Shown here: positions 7,529-17,078 of the stretch, in pieces
How the letters are laid out: each line of letters starts with the position of its first letter
How positions within the stretch are numbered: position 1 is the stretch's first letter
Assembly (NCBI GenBank): GCA_937969565.1
Contig: CALBVR010000300.1
Location: forward strand, 1 to 43,521
Direction of reading: 5' to 3'
Source of the DNA: an uncultured Acidimicrobiales bacterium
GTDB taxonomy: Bacteria > Actinomycetota > Acidimicrobiia > Acidimicrobiales > SHLQ01
Length of the DNA stretch: 43,521 nucleotides
Position numbers and translations under genes: made by a program
Notes under the pieces: model-generated
Told to the model about the DNA's origin: nothing
Seen by the model: the letters and a program-made list of their open reading frames with translations, nothing else
Databases searched by the model: none

Positions 7529-8965
7529 TCAGGCAGCCATCGACGCCGGTTCTTCCTGCAACCGCAGCGCGAACGCCAGGGCCGCCCATCCGAACACGGC
7601 CGACACGACCACCGCCAGAAGGAACCCGTCGCGGAGCGCCTCCACCGCCGCGGCACTCGTGACGGCCACGTCATCACTCAACAGATCGCGCACCTCGTCG
7701 GCATCACCCAACCGGTTCACGACGACACCGAACAATGCCGCCCCGGCGATGGCGGCGCCGTAGCTGAACCCGAGCGTACGTATGAACTGGTGGGCGGAGA
7801 TGAGGCGACCCATCTCGGCCGGCTTCGCCTTGGCCTGCAGCACGATCAGGATCGAGCTCGACACGGCCCCGAGGCCGTAACCCACCAACGTGTACGCGAT
7901 GAACACCAGCCAGACCGGTAGGTCGGCCGCCACGACCACGGCAGCGCCGGTCACGCCGATGGTCAGGACGATCGCGCCGATCCGCACGGCGAATTCGCTC
8001 GAACGCCACTCGACGATCTTGCTGCTGACGATCGCCCCGGTCGTCCACCCGACGGTGAGGAAGAGGACGGTGAAGGCGGCGGCGCCGGTCGTGAAGCCCC
8101 GGGTGCCCTTCACATAGAGCGTGAGAAACGAGTTCGATCCGATTCCCGAGACGACGGCAAGCACGGCGATCAGGTGAAGGCGACGAAACTGTGTGGCGGC
8201 GAGGTGCCGAACGCGAAGCACGGGCGGTTCGGTGCGTCGCTCATGGACGACGTAGACGGCGATCAGCGCAACGGAACCGAATGCGGCCACGGCGGTCCAG
8301 ACGCCCGGGATCGAGAACCCGACAAGCGTCAGCACGGTGAAGGCGGTGAGCAGGAGCAGCCCTCGCCAATCGGCGCGCACCCGGCCCTCCTCGACCGGGC
8401 CCGGAAAGTGGTTCCATCCGATGATCGCGGCGCCGAGAGCCACCGGGAGATTGATGAGGAAGATGGCAGGCCAGCCGGCAACGGTGAGCACGACGGCCGC
8501 CAGGGCCGGACCGGCCAGACCCATCACTCCCCAGACGGATGAGTTGATGGCGTAGGCCCGGGCTCGCAACGGTTCCGGAACGCCCAGACCGATGGCGGCC
8601 ATGACGTTGGCGATGATCGCACCGCCGGCCAACCCCTGCGCTGCCCGAGCGGCGACCAGCGCTCCCATGGTCGGTGCCGCGGCACACGCCACGCAGGTGA
8701 TGGTGAACGCCACGAGACTGACCCGATAGATCCGCCGCGTACCGATTCCGTCGATCACGGGCCCGATGGCAAGCGTGGCGATCGCGGAGGTGATCAGCTC
8801 GACCGTCACCACCCATGGCAACAGTTCGAGGCTGCCCAGATCGTCCCCGATTGCCGGCAGCGCCGCGCCCACCGAAAGGTTGTTGTACGCCGCAACGGCG
8901 ATGACCGTCATCGTGGACACCGAGAAGCCGCGCAGCCCTGGAGCGAAGAGGCGATCTGGCGTCAT
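7529..8965 (-). CDS. MFS transporter, DHA2-like (14-TMS drug:H+ antiporter type)
   Basis: 478 aa, hydrophobic throughout. It has the MFS motif-A-like GPVIDGIGTRRIY and AAQGLAGGAI. Confidence 0.85.
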   Translation of the reverse strand: MTPDRLFAPGLRGFSVSTMTVIAVAAYNNLSVGAALPAIGDDLGSLELLPWVVTVELITSAIATLAIGPVIDGIGTRRIYRVSLVAFTITCVACAAAPTMGALVAARAAQGLAGGAIIANVMAAIGLGVPEPLRARAYAINSSVWGVMGLAGPALAAVVLTVAGWPAIFLINLPVALGAAIIGWNHFPGPVEEGRVRADWRGLLLLTAFTVLTLVGFSIPGVWTAVAAFGSVALIAVYVVHERRTEPPVLRVRHLAATQFRRLHLIAVLAVVSGIGSNSFLTLYVKGTRGFTTGAAAFTVLFLTVGWTTGAIVSSKIVEWRSSEFAVRIGAIVLTIGVTGAAVVVAADLPVWLVFIAYTLVGYGLGAVSSSILIVLQAKAKPAEMGRLISAHQFIRTLGFSYGAAIAGAALFGVVVNRLGDADEVRDLLSDDVAVTSAAAVEALRDGFLLAVVVSAVFGWAALAFALRLQEEPASMAA

Positions 8966-8979
8966 CGAGGGACCCTATC

Positions 8980-9000
8980 GGTCGCCGCATCGCGGCGACC
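8980..9000. promoter_or_regulatory. Inverted repeat GGTCGCCGC-atc-GCGGCGACC in the MFS / GGDEF-EAL divergent region
   Basis: Perfect 9-bp arms read from the sequence, 15 nt upstream of the MFS start codon. It could be an operator or a leader hairpin. Confidence 0.3.
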
Positions 9001-9075
9001 CACCCGGTTCGCCGAGATCATGTCGATTCGATGACAAGGCATCAGTCGATCGGGGGATGGGCCGATTGACCCAAC

Positions 9076-11103
9076 GTGGGTGAACCGGAAATGTCGAGCG
9101 ATGCGTGGGCGCGGCGCTACCTCGACGAAATGCAGGATCTTGTGGTCGTCATCGACATGGCGACCGGTGTCGTCATCGACATCAACGACGCGGGCGCGGC
9201 CGGGCTCCTCCGACGGCCCGACGACATTCTCGGCCGCGTGTTCCACGACTTCGTCCATGAGGGCGACCGGGCGACCTTCGCCGTCATCAAGCAGAACGTG
9301 CTCGAGGGTCGCACCGACACCTACGAGCAGCGTTGGTTGCGGGGCGACGACACCTGGGGAACCTATGAGGTCTACACCCGCCTCGTGGACGACAACCGGC
9401 TCCTCGTGTGCGGGCGGGACGCCACGCTGCTGGCCGAGTCGCGGGCCCGCAACGAAGAACTGCTCGCCCTCGTCGATCTCACCGACGACCTCTTCATCGT
9501 CAGCGACATCCGGAACTACGTCCTCTACGCCAACAGTGCCGCAGTGCGGTTGCACGGCCCCTCGGTCCACGCCCCCGGCGCCCGCGTCACGGACTACCTC
9601 TGGGGACCCGAGGACCTCGACGCACTGATGTCCATGGCGTCAGCGATCGAGTCTCCCGACCATCGTGCATCCACCCGGCTCTCGACGCGACGCGCCGACG
9701 GCTCCCGGGTGGAACTCTGGGTCAGCACGGTCTACGACCCGGAACGGCAGCTCTGGTACACCGTCGAGCGCGACATCACCGACACCGTTGCTGCGGAGAA
9801 CCGCCTGAAGAAGCTCAACGAGGGCCTGGCCGAACTCGCCAACACCGACATGCTCACCGGATTGGCGAATCGCGTGCGACTCAACGCCGATCTGGATGCG
9901 GCCGGGGCCGATGGGCAGGACGTCGCCGTGCTGCTCATCGACATCGATGACTTCAAGATCGTCAACGATTCGCTCGGTCATCAATATGGTGACGAGCTCC
10001 TCCAACAGACAGCGGACCGCCTCCGCCCGTGTGTCCATGAGGATGATCTGATCGCACGGTTCGGTGGCGATGAGTTCGTGATCCTGCTTCGTCACCCCGA
10101 CAGCGTCGTCGGGGCGATCACCATCGCCGACGCGATCCTCGATGCCATGGCCGCTCCGTTTCAGCTGGCCGAGCGGTCGATCCACAGCGCCGCCTCGATC
10201 GGCATTGCCTTCAGCAGCGACCGTTCGTCCACCTCGGCGGAGTTGATCCGCGACGCCGACCTCGCCATGTACCGGGCGAAGCACGAAGGCCGAAACCGTC
10301 TTGTCGTGTTCGACTCCGTCCTCGTCGAGGAACTCGATGAACGCGTCCGCATCACCGATGACCTCCGCGCGGCGCTGACGAACGACGAGATCGACGTCGC
10401 CCTTCAAGGGATCTTCTGCGGCGAGGAGCAGACGCTCGTCGGCTACGAGGCACTGGTGCGTTGGATCCATCCGACCCGCGGTTTCGTGCCCCCGGACTCC
10501 TTCGTGGAGATCGCCGAGGCCGAGGGTTTGCTCGATGCGCTCACCGACATCGTCCTCGAGAAGAGTCTGCGCCACCTGGTCGGCTGGCTGCAGGAACCCG
10601 ACCACACGCTGTCGGTCAACGTCGCACCGTCGCAGCTGCTCTCTCCGGACTTCGCGGACCGGATGAAGCGCGGGCTCCACCGCTTCGGGCTGGATCCGAG
10701 CTGCCTCGTCATCGAAATCACCGAGGTTGGGCTCACCGGCGCTCTTGCGGCTGCCGCAGGAACGCTCGAGAGCCTCAGGCAGGCCGGTTTCACCCTTGCG
10801 ATCGACGACTTCGGCAAGGGCGCCTCCTCGCTCGGCTATCTGCGGGACTTCCCGATCGGCATGGTCAAGATCGACGGCAGCTTCATTCATCGGATGCTCG
10901 AGGACGACTTCGCTCACGCGATCACCGAGTCGGTGGTTTCGCTGGCGCGCAGGCTCGGACTGGTCGTCGTTGCGGAGTGCGTCGAAACCTCCGAACAGCT
11001 CGAGCATCTGCAACGCATGGGATGTGAACGCATCCAGGGCTATCTGCTGCACAAGCCCGAACTCGTGAGTGCCATGGAGGCGGCCCAACTCGACGCCGCC
11101 TGA
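9076..11103 (+). CDS. PAS-PAS-GGDEF-EAL c-di-GMP signalling protein
   Basis: Motifs RFGGDEFVILL (GGDEF), GYEALVRW (EAL), DDFGKGASSLGYL, KIDGSFI and AECVET. The N-terminal regions are PAS-like. An alternative ATG start is at 9091. Confidence 0.9.
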   Translation: MGEPEMSSDAWARRYLDEMQDLVVVIDMATGVVIDINDAGAAGLLRRPDDILGRVFHDFVHEGDRATFAVIKQNVLEGRTDTYEQRWLRGDDTWGTYEVYTRLVDDNRLLVCGRDATLLAESRARNEELLALVDLTDDLFIVSDIRNYVLYANSAAVRLHGPSVHAPGARVTDYLWGPEDLDALMSMASAIESPDHRASTRLSTRRADGSRVELWVSTVYDPERQLWYTVERDITDTVAAENRLKKLNEGLAELANTDMLTGLANRVRLNADLDAAGADGQDVAVLLIDIDDFKIVNDSLGHQYGDELLQQTADRLRPCVHEDDLIARFGGDEFVILLRHPDSVVGAITIADAILDAMAAPFQLAERSIHSAASIGIAFSSDRSSTSAELIRDADLAMYRAKHEGRNRLVVFDSVLVEELDERVRITDDLRAALTNDEIDVALQGIFCGEEQTLVGYEALVRWIHPTRGFVPPDSFVEIAEAEGLLDALTDIVLEKSLRHLVGWLQEPDHTLSVNVAPSQLLSPDFADRMKRGLHRFGLDPSCLVIEITEVGLTGALAAAAGTLESLRQAGFTLAIDDFGKGASSLGYLRDFPIGMVKIDGSFIHRMLEDDFAHAITESVVSLARRLGLVVVAECVETSEQLEHLQRMGCERIQGYLLHKPELVSAMEAAQLDAA

Positions 11104-11109
11104 ACCGAC

Positions 11110-11712
11110 ATGACGGATCCCACACACAGCGACCGCCACGGACCACCGACGGAAGGTACCCTCGAAGTTGTGCGGAAGCTCGATTCGCTGCTCCTTGCCG
11201 GCGTCGGCATCATGGCGATCCACCAGGTCGCCTACACGGTCGCGGGTCTGACGGGAGCGAACACGAGTGTCGGCCATGGCCACCTCGAACTGGCGTGGAC
11301 ATTCGGCAGCCTCCTCGCAATCCTCGGTCTCGGATCGGCGATCACGACCAGTCTTCGACGCCGCCACCACACTCCCCTTGCGGTTCCGCTCCTCTCCGTC
11401 GTGCTCGGCGTCGGCTACGTCGGTCTCGAAATGGTCGAGCGCTCGCTGGACGGGCTCTCGGCCACGGCACTCTTCAGCGAGGCCGTGTTCTGGTTCGGGC
11501 TTGCCGCCGTCGTCCCCGTCGCGATGCTCCTGCGGGCGGCGGTTCGCACCGTCACCGAACTCGTGCTGCAGCTCACCGCAGCGACCGATGGACGGCTGCC
11601 GTCGATCGGCTTCGTGGACCCGGCCCGTTTCGGCCGGACACGCCGCACCCCGATTCTCCTTCCTGTTCGTTCCCGGCCCGTCTCACGTCGAGGGCCCCCG
11701 TCCGTCCGGTGA
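11110..11712 (+). CDS. Hypothetical membrane protein (about 4 TM helices)
   Basis: 200 aa. It starts 6 nt after the GGDEF-EAL stop. There are several hydrophobic helices. I recognise no family. Confidence 0.5.
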   Translation: MTDPTHSDRHGPPTEGTLEVVRKLDSLLLAGVGIMAIHQVAYTVAGLTGANTSVGHGHLELAWTFGSLLAILGLGSAITTSLRRRHHTPLAVPLLSVVLGVGYVGLEMVERSLDGLSATALFSEAVFWFGLAAVVPVAMLLRAAVRTVTELVLQLTAATDGRLPSIGFVDPARFGRTRRTPILLPVRSRPVSRRGPPSVR

Positions 11713-11755
11713 ACCCAACCGACTGACAACAACCGAACGAACGAAAGGAACCACC

Positions 11756-12718
11756 ATGAAGTGGACCACCCTGCGCCTGCTCGGCGCTCTCTTTGCCGTT
11801 GCGCTGCTGGCTGCAGCCTGCGGAAGCGACACCGCTGAAACGACGACGACCGCCGATGCCACCGAGGCCGCGGACACTGCGTCCGAAACGTCGGACGCCA
11901 TGGAGATGGACGAGGAACACGACGAGGACCATGGCGACGACCACGACGAGAATGACGAGGAACATGGGGACGACCATGGCGAGCACGGCGATCACGCCAG
12001 CACCCTCGATGTCGCCGAAGGGGCGCCCGTCCCCGCCGTGGAGATCGCCCTCGACCCGACCGACACCGACGGGCTCTACAACCTGTCCGTGACGCTCACG
12101 AACTTCACGATCACGCCGGAGAACATCGACGGCGACCCCATCGACAACGAAGGTCACATGCACCTCCTGATCGACGGCGAGAAGATCGGCCGGTTCACGG
12201 ACCTCGAAACGACCGTTCAGGTTCCGGCCGGCGAGCATCTCGTCGAAGTCGAGCTCAACGCCAACGACCACAGCGCCTACGCCGTGGACGGCACGCCGAT
12301 CCGAGCAGGCCTCACGGTCAGCGGGGCCGGCGAGGCGTCCGCCATCGGCGAAACGATGGTGATGGCATCGGACGACGAGGACGGCAGCGACGGCCACGAC
12401 CATGACCACGGCAGCGCCGTGGGAGCGATCGAAGGCGACCTGACCATCGACGATGCCGACGTCGCCATCACGGCGATGATCGTCGACGGCGAGGTGTCCG
12501 GTGTCGAGAGCCGCACATCCGTGGCCCTCGGCTCGATCGTCGCCATCACCGTGATCTCCGACATGGACGACGAAGTGCATTTGCACGGCTACGACATCCT
12601 CGATGACGTGCCGGCGAGCGACATCGGCCTGATCATCTTCACCGCCGACACCCCGGGCCGTTTCGAGCTTGAGCTCGAGCAGGCCGGCACCTTCATCACC
12701 GAGCTCGAGATCTCGTAG
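11756..12718 (+). CDS. Lipoprotein with acidic/His-rich tracts, a DUF4399-like domain and a C-terminal HxH beta-domain (putative metal binding)
   Basis: ATG 11756 follows GAAAGGAA. The signal peptide plus lipobox is LLAAAC. The first tract is DEEHDEDHGDDHDENDEEHGDDHGEHGDH. NEGHMHLLIDGEKIG resembles the DUF4399 GHxHLxID signature. The second tract is DDEDGSDGHDHDHG. The C-terminus contains DEVHLHGYD...GRFELELEQ. Confidence 0.72.
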   Translation: MKWTTLRLLGALFAVALLAAACGSDTAETTTTADATEAADTASETSDAMEMDEEHDEDHGDDHDENDEEHGDDHGEHGDHASTLDVAEGAPVPAVEIALDPTDTDGLYNLSVTLTNFTITPENIDGDPIDNEGHMHLLIDGEKIGRFTDLETTVQVPAGEHLVEVELNANDHSAYAVDGTPIRAGLTVSGAGEASAIGETMVMASDDEDGSDGHDHDHGSAVGAIEGDLTIDDADVAITAMIVDGEVSGVESRTSVALGSIVAITVISDMDDEVHLHGYDILDDVPASDIGLIIFTADTPGRFELELEQAGTFITELEIS

Positions 12719-12728
12719 TCTCACGCTC

Positions 12729-14048
12729 ATGACACCACTGCATGTCCTCGCCCATGGCGTGGGCTCGCGAGGCACGCTCCCGTTGCCGCTCTGGCAGTTC
12801 GCCTGGGCGGCAACGGCCGCGCTCGTCCTCTCCTTCGTGGCACTCGCCGTGCTGTGGAAGACGCCGCGGCTCGGCCCGGTCGCCCAGGGCCGTCCGGTCC
12901 CGGGCACAGGGGTGCCGGTGCGCATCCTCTCCTGGGCGGGCCGCGCCCTCGGTCTGCTGCTGTTCGGCCTCACCCTCGGCGCCGCGTTGTTCGGCGCCGA
13001 CGTTCCGGGCGAGTCCACCAACCTCGCACCGGTCACCATCTATGTGACCGTCTGGGTCGGCGTTCCCTTCGTCGCCGCGTTCTTTGGCGACGTGTGGCGG
13101 GTTGTGAACCCCTTCCGCACCATCGGCCTGCTGTTCCCGGAAGGCGACGGGACAGCACCCAAGCACCATTGGTGGGCGGCCGCGACGCTGTTCGGTTTCC
13201 TGTTCGTCGAGCTGGTTCACCCGAACGGAGCGAGCCCGAGAGTGCTGGGCTGGGCCATGGTCGTCTACTCGGTGATCATGATCGGTGGCATGGCACGTCA
13301 CGGCCGGCAGTGGCTCGACAGTGCCGACGGTTTCGGCGTGCTGTTCTCGATGCTGGGTGCGTTGGGCATCTTCAGTGTCGACGACGCCGGTCAACTCCGA
13401 GTCCGGGTTCCGCTGTCCGGTCTGGCCACGGTGGACGCCCGCCGAGGTTCGAGCGCCTTGATCCTGGTCGTGCTTGGCGGCACGAGTTTCGACGGCTTCT
13501 CGGAGAGCCCGATCTTCTGGGACATCGCGGGCCGTGCCTCGGGGTGGGAGGCCGCTCCGGCGCTCTTCATCGGCCTCGTCATCGTGATCCTCATCGCTTC
13601 GATCCTCTACTGGGTCGGCGCCCGGACCACGGCGAACGTCACGGGCACCGACCACGAAGAGGCGGCGGAGCTATTCGCCCCGTCGCTCATCCCGATCGTC
13701 TTCGGCTACGCCGTGGCCCACTACGTGCAGCTGTTCGTGGATCAGATCCAGTCGTTCTGGTTCCGGCTCTCGAACCCCTACGGCAACAAGAACCCGGACG
13801 GCAGCAACGTTCGGGACTTCTTCGGCGCAGCTGACGGGCAGGTCGACTTCTTCGTGATCGATGCCGACGTGGTTGCCTGGATTCAGGCGTTGGCGATCGT
13901 CGTTGGCCATGTTGCCGGCGTGCTCTACGCCCACGACCTGGCGGTGAGCCGGTTCGATCACGCCAAGGCCGCGCGAAGCCAGCAGACGATGCTCGTCGTG
14001 ATGGTGATCTACTCGGTCGCCGGCCTCTGGCTGCTGTTCTCCGGCTAG
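12729..14048 (+). CDS. Polytopic integral membrane protein (about 10 or more TM helices), function unknown
   Basis: The ATG at 12729 gives MTPLHVLAHGVGSRGTLPLPLWQF..., then hydrophobic helices throughout. It starts 10 nt after the lipoprotein stop. Confidence 0.72.
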   Translation: MTPLHVLAHGVGSRGTLPLPLWQFAWAATAALVLSFVALAVLWKTPRLGPVAQGRPVPGTGVPVRILSWAGRALGLLLFGLTLGAALFGADVPGESTNLAPVTIYVTVWVGVPFVAAFFGDVWRVVNPFRTIGLLFPEGDGTAPKHHWWAAATLFGFLFVELVHPNGASPRVLGWAMVVYSVIMIGGMARHGRQWLDSADGFGVLFSMLGALGIFSVDDAGQLRVRVPLSGLATVDARRGSSALILVVLGGTSFDGFSESPIFWDIAGRASGWEAAPALFIGLVIVILIASILYWVGARTTANVTGTDHEEAAELFAPSLIPIVFGYAVAHYVQLFVDQIQSFWFRLSNPYGNKNPDGSNVRDFFGAADGQVDFFVIDADVVAWIQALAIVVGHVAGVLYAHDLAVSRFDHAKAARSQQTMLVVMVIYSVAGLWLLFSG

Positions 14049-15037
14049 CTCGTGCGATCGGCGTCGTCGATGCGACCGGCGGCGGTCGACGCTCCCGTGG
14101 CCGCCGTTGCGGTCTTCGGAGCGGCCAGCTTGCCCACGAGGTGCGCTTCAACCGAGACCTCTGCATACCGGCTCGCGCCATCGCGCTCGGCGATCGACCA
14201 GGGCAACGGCGAGACCGCAACGTCGCGGTCCGGGTAGTGGAAGTAGGCGACCGACCGGCGGGTCGCCGCGGCACCGCTGGCCATCGGCACGACCCGGTGC
14301 AGCGTGGACGGCCAGATGTCGTTGGTGGCCATCGCCAGTACGTCACCAACGTTCATCAGGAGAGCCCCCGGTTCCGGGACCACGTCGATCCAACCGCCGG
14401 CTGGCCCGACGATCTGCAACCCCGGCACCGGGTCGGCAAGCAGCAGGGTGAAGCTCGTGTAGTCGCTGTGCGCCCCCATCCGCTGTTGCCCCGGCTGCAC
14501 GGGCTCGTGCCCGTCTGCACCCGGCCGGTAGTCGATGCAGGCCATCGTGTCGGGGCCGCGGGTGGAGAGGGCGGCGAGGTCGAGTCCGATCCGTTCGCCG
14601 AGCAGGCGGTCGAGCACCCCACAGATTCGCTCCATCTCCTGCAGATAGGTGTGTGCGGCCGCGGAGAAACCGGGGACGGCTGGATCGGGCCACGGCGTCG
14701 CCTGAAAGAGCGGCGAGTCGTCGACCCGATCGTCGGCACCGCAGTTGAACGATTCGAACAGATCGGGAGGCGACGCAGCGCCGAGGCTGTAGCTCAGGGC
14801 TTCGGCGCCCTTTCGACGATGGCCCCGGTTCGCCAACGGCGATGGGTGCACGAACCGGGCCTTCTCTTCGTCGCCGAGCGCAAAGAACCGGTCGCAGGCG
14901 TCTCGCAACCCGGCCGCCGCCTCGGGCCGCAGACCATGACCGACCAGTTGCACGAACCCGGTGGCGCGCAGCGCCCCATCCAGCAACGCGCCGACATCCG
15001 GGCCCTTGAGGTCGATCACGGGGATGTCTGCCGTCAT
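14045..15037 (-). CDS. Fe(II)/2-oxoglutarate-dependent oxygenase (isopenicillin-N-synthase-like)
   Basis: Motifs IPVIDL, GFVQLVGHG, GAHSDYTSFTLL (HxD), STLHRV (distal His) and RRSVAYF (2OG-binding Arg). Its stop overlaps the convergent stop of 12729..14048 (shared CTAG). Confidence 0.85.
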   Translation of the reverse strand: MTADIPVIDLKGPDVGALLDGALRATGFVQLVGHGLRPEAAAGLRDACDRFFALGDEEKARFVHPSPLANRGHRRKGAEALSYSLGAASPPDLFESFNCGADDRVDDSPLFQATPWPDPAVPGFSAAAHTYLQEMERICGVLDRLLGERIGLDLAALSTRGPDTMACIDYRPGADGHEPVQPGQQRMGAHSDYTSFTLLLADPVPGLQIVGPAGGWIDVVPEPGALLMNVGDVLAMATNDIWPSTLHRVVPMASGAAATRRSVAYFHYPDRDVAVSPLPWSIAERDGASRYAEVSVEAHLVGKLAAPKTATAATGASTAAGRIDDADRTS

Positions 15038-15822
15038 GTGGAGGCGACCTCCATGGACGTGACTCGTTGCAAGGTCCGCTGGTGGCCGAAGTAATCGTTC
15101 ATCGCGTAGTGGAGAACGGAGCGGTTGTCCCAGAGGAGAAGCATTCCGGCGGTCCAGCGCACCCGGCAGGTGAACTCCGGTTGCACCTGATGGGCGAAGA
15201 GCTGTTGAAGGAGCGGCTGGCTCTCTGCGTCGGTCATCCCCACGAACCGCGTGACGAACGCCGGGTTCACGAACAGGGCGGATCGCCCGGTGTCGGGATG
15301 GGGGCGGACGACCGGATGTACCGCCGAGACGTCCGGCTCGTCCTCGCTCCGACCCGGGTACACGTGCACGGCATCGAGCCCTTCGAGCATCGCTTGGAAG
15401 GCCGGACTGAGCTCCTCGAACGCCGCGTGCTGGTTGGCGAACAGCGTGTCGCCGCCAACCGGAGGCAGCACAAGCGATTGCAACAGCGACACCGAAGCGG
15501 GCGGGGACAGGAATGTGATGTCGGCGTGCCAGTGCTCTCCGCCGAAGGTCGCAGCGTCGTCGGGTTCCTTGTGGACTCGGAGGATTTCGGGGTGACCCTC
15601 GATTGCGGCGAGATGGGGATGGACGAGCGGCTCACCGAACCAGCGGCCGACCTCGATGTGGCGATCGGGCGGGAGATGCTGTGCCTCCAGCGCAACCACG
15701 TGGTGTCGGATCACGAGTTCGCAGAGCGACGCTCGAAGCGAATCATCGTCGCTGGACCCAAGATCGAGGCCCGACACGACGACACCGAGGCCCGGACTCA
15801 AAGGCGTCACCGTCGACTGCAT
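15034..15822 (-). CDS. TauD/TfdA-family Fe(II)/2OG dioxygenase
   Basis: Motifs GGEHWHADITF (HxD), GGDTLFAN and WDNRSVLHYA. The stop overlaps the downstream oxygenase ATG (ATGA at 15034-15037). Confidence 0.85.
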   Translation of the reverse strand: MQSTVTPLSPGLGVVVSGLDLGSSDDDSLRASLCELVIRHHVVALEAQHLPPDRHIEVGRWFGEPLVHPHLAAIEGHPEILRVHKEPDDAATFGGEHWHADITFLSPPASVSLLQSLVLPPVGGDTLFANQHAAFEELSPAFQAMLEGLDAVHVYPGRSEDEPDVSAVHPVVRPHPDTGRSALFVNPAFVTRFVGMTDAESQPLLQQLFAHQVQPEFTCRVRWTAGMLLLWDNRSVLHYAMNDYFGHQRTLQRVTSMEVAST

Positions 15823-15863
15823 GCACGATGACTACCACAACCGACCCCCAGTAGGCTCGCCCG

Positions 15864-17078
15864 ATGACCGCTCCCGCACCGCAGCTCGACAGCCGTCGAG
15901 GCTGGTTGGTCGTGCTTGGCGCAGCGGCATCGATGTTCTCGGTGTTCGGGGTCGCGTACAGCTTCGGGGCGTTCTTCTCCTCGATGGCCGAGACCTTCGA
16001 CGCGTCGAGCGGAGCAACGGCGCTCGTGTTTTCGCTCACCGTGAGCCTGAGCTTCGTGCTCGGCCTGCACACGGGCCGGCTGGCCGATCGCCACGGCCCC
16101 CGACCGGTGTTGCTCTTCGGCGCCGCGTCGCTCGTGATCGGGCTGGTGGCGACCTCCCGGGTTGGGTCGCTCACCGTCGGCTATCTCACCTATGCACCGT
16201 TCGTCGGGGCTGCGGTCGCGTGCGGCTACGTTCCGATGGTGGCGATGGTGGGCGGCTGGTTCGAGCGGCTCCGCACCACGGCGCTCGGCGTTGCCGTCGC
16301 CGGCATCGGTGCGGGCACCCTCGTCGGCTCGCCTCTCGCCGCGGCGCTCATCGACCGATACGGATGGCGCACGACCTACGTCCTCATGGCGATCGGCGGC
16401 GGCTCGCTCATGGTGCTTGCGGCACTCGTCGCTGCCCCCGGGCCGGCGGCCGTCACCGCCCCGAAGCCTCGAGCACTTGGCGAACTGTTGCGGATCGAGG
16501 CATTCCGCACGCTGTACCTTGCCACTGCGCTGACGACCTTCGGCTTGTTCGTCCCCTTCGTGTTCATCGCCCGGTACGCAGAAGAACAGGGCATCAGCGA
16601 GGTCGCCGCGGCGTCGCTGGTCGGAATCATCGGCGGAGCGAGCGTGGTCGGCCGCCTCGGACTCGGCGCACTCGCCGGACGCCTGGGCACCCTTCGCCTG
16701 TTCCTTGCGTCCTTCGTCACGATGGCGGCGAGCCACCTGCTCTGGCTGGGCGCCTCCGCATCGTTCGCGATGCTTGCGATCTATGCCGCCGTGTTGGGGC
16801 TCGGGTACGGCGGATTCATCGCACTCTCACCCGCCGTTGTCGCCGAGATCTTCGGGCTCGATGGCCTCGGTGGGGTGATCGGCACGCTGTACACGGCGGC
16901 CGCGATCGGGAGCCTCGCCGGACCCCCGGTCGCAGGGGTCCTGTTCGACTCCTTCGGGTCGACCACCGCAATCGTGTTCGCGTTGGTCTTGTCGACCGGC
17001 GGAGCGATCGTACTCGTGCCGCTGCTTCGCTCGAACAGCGAGCGGGAGTTCAGCTCCGCTCGTCCGCCGAAGCCTTGA
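15864..17078 (+). CDS. MFS transporter (oxalate/formate-antiporter / monocarboxylate-like)
   Basis: 404 aa, 12-TMS pattern, with the GRLADRHGPRP motif-A-like loop. Divergent from the dioxygenase pair, with a 41-nt gap. Confidence 0.85.
   Translation: MTAPAPQLDSRRGWLVVLGAAASMFSVFGVAYSFGAFFSSMAETFDASSGATALVFSLTVSLSFVLGLHTGRLADRHGPRPVLLFGAASLVIGLVATSRVGSLTVGYLTYAPFVGAAVACGYVPMVAMVGGWFERLRTTALGVAVAGIGAGTLVGSPLAAALIDRYGWRTTYVLMAIGGGSLMVLAALVAAPGPAAVTAPKPRALGELLRIEAFRTLYLATALTTFGLFVPFVFIARYAEEQGISEVAAASLVGIIGGASVVGRLGLGALAGRLGTLRLFLASFVTMAASHLLWLGASASFAMLAIYAAVLGLGYGGFIALSPAVVAEIFGLDGLGGVIGTLYTAAAIGSLAGPPVAGVLFDSFGSTTAIVFALVLSTGGAIVLVPLLRSNSEREFSSARPPKP

Noticed and set aside
9640-11370. 576-aa minus-strand ORF
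   Set aside because: It is antisense to the PAS-GGDEF-EAL gene, whose motifs are unambiguous, and has no motifs of its own.
11267-11755. Upstream extension of the lipoprotein ORF (11267..12718), and ORF 11295..11726
   Set aside because: The signal peptide and lipobox start at ATG 11756, which has a good RBS. The extension overlaps the 11110..11712 gene in another frame and is Ser/Arg/Pro-rich.
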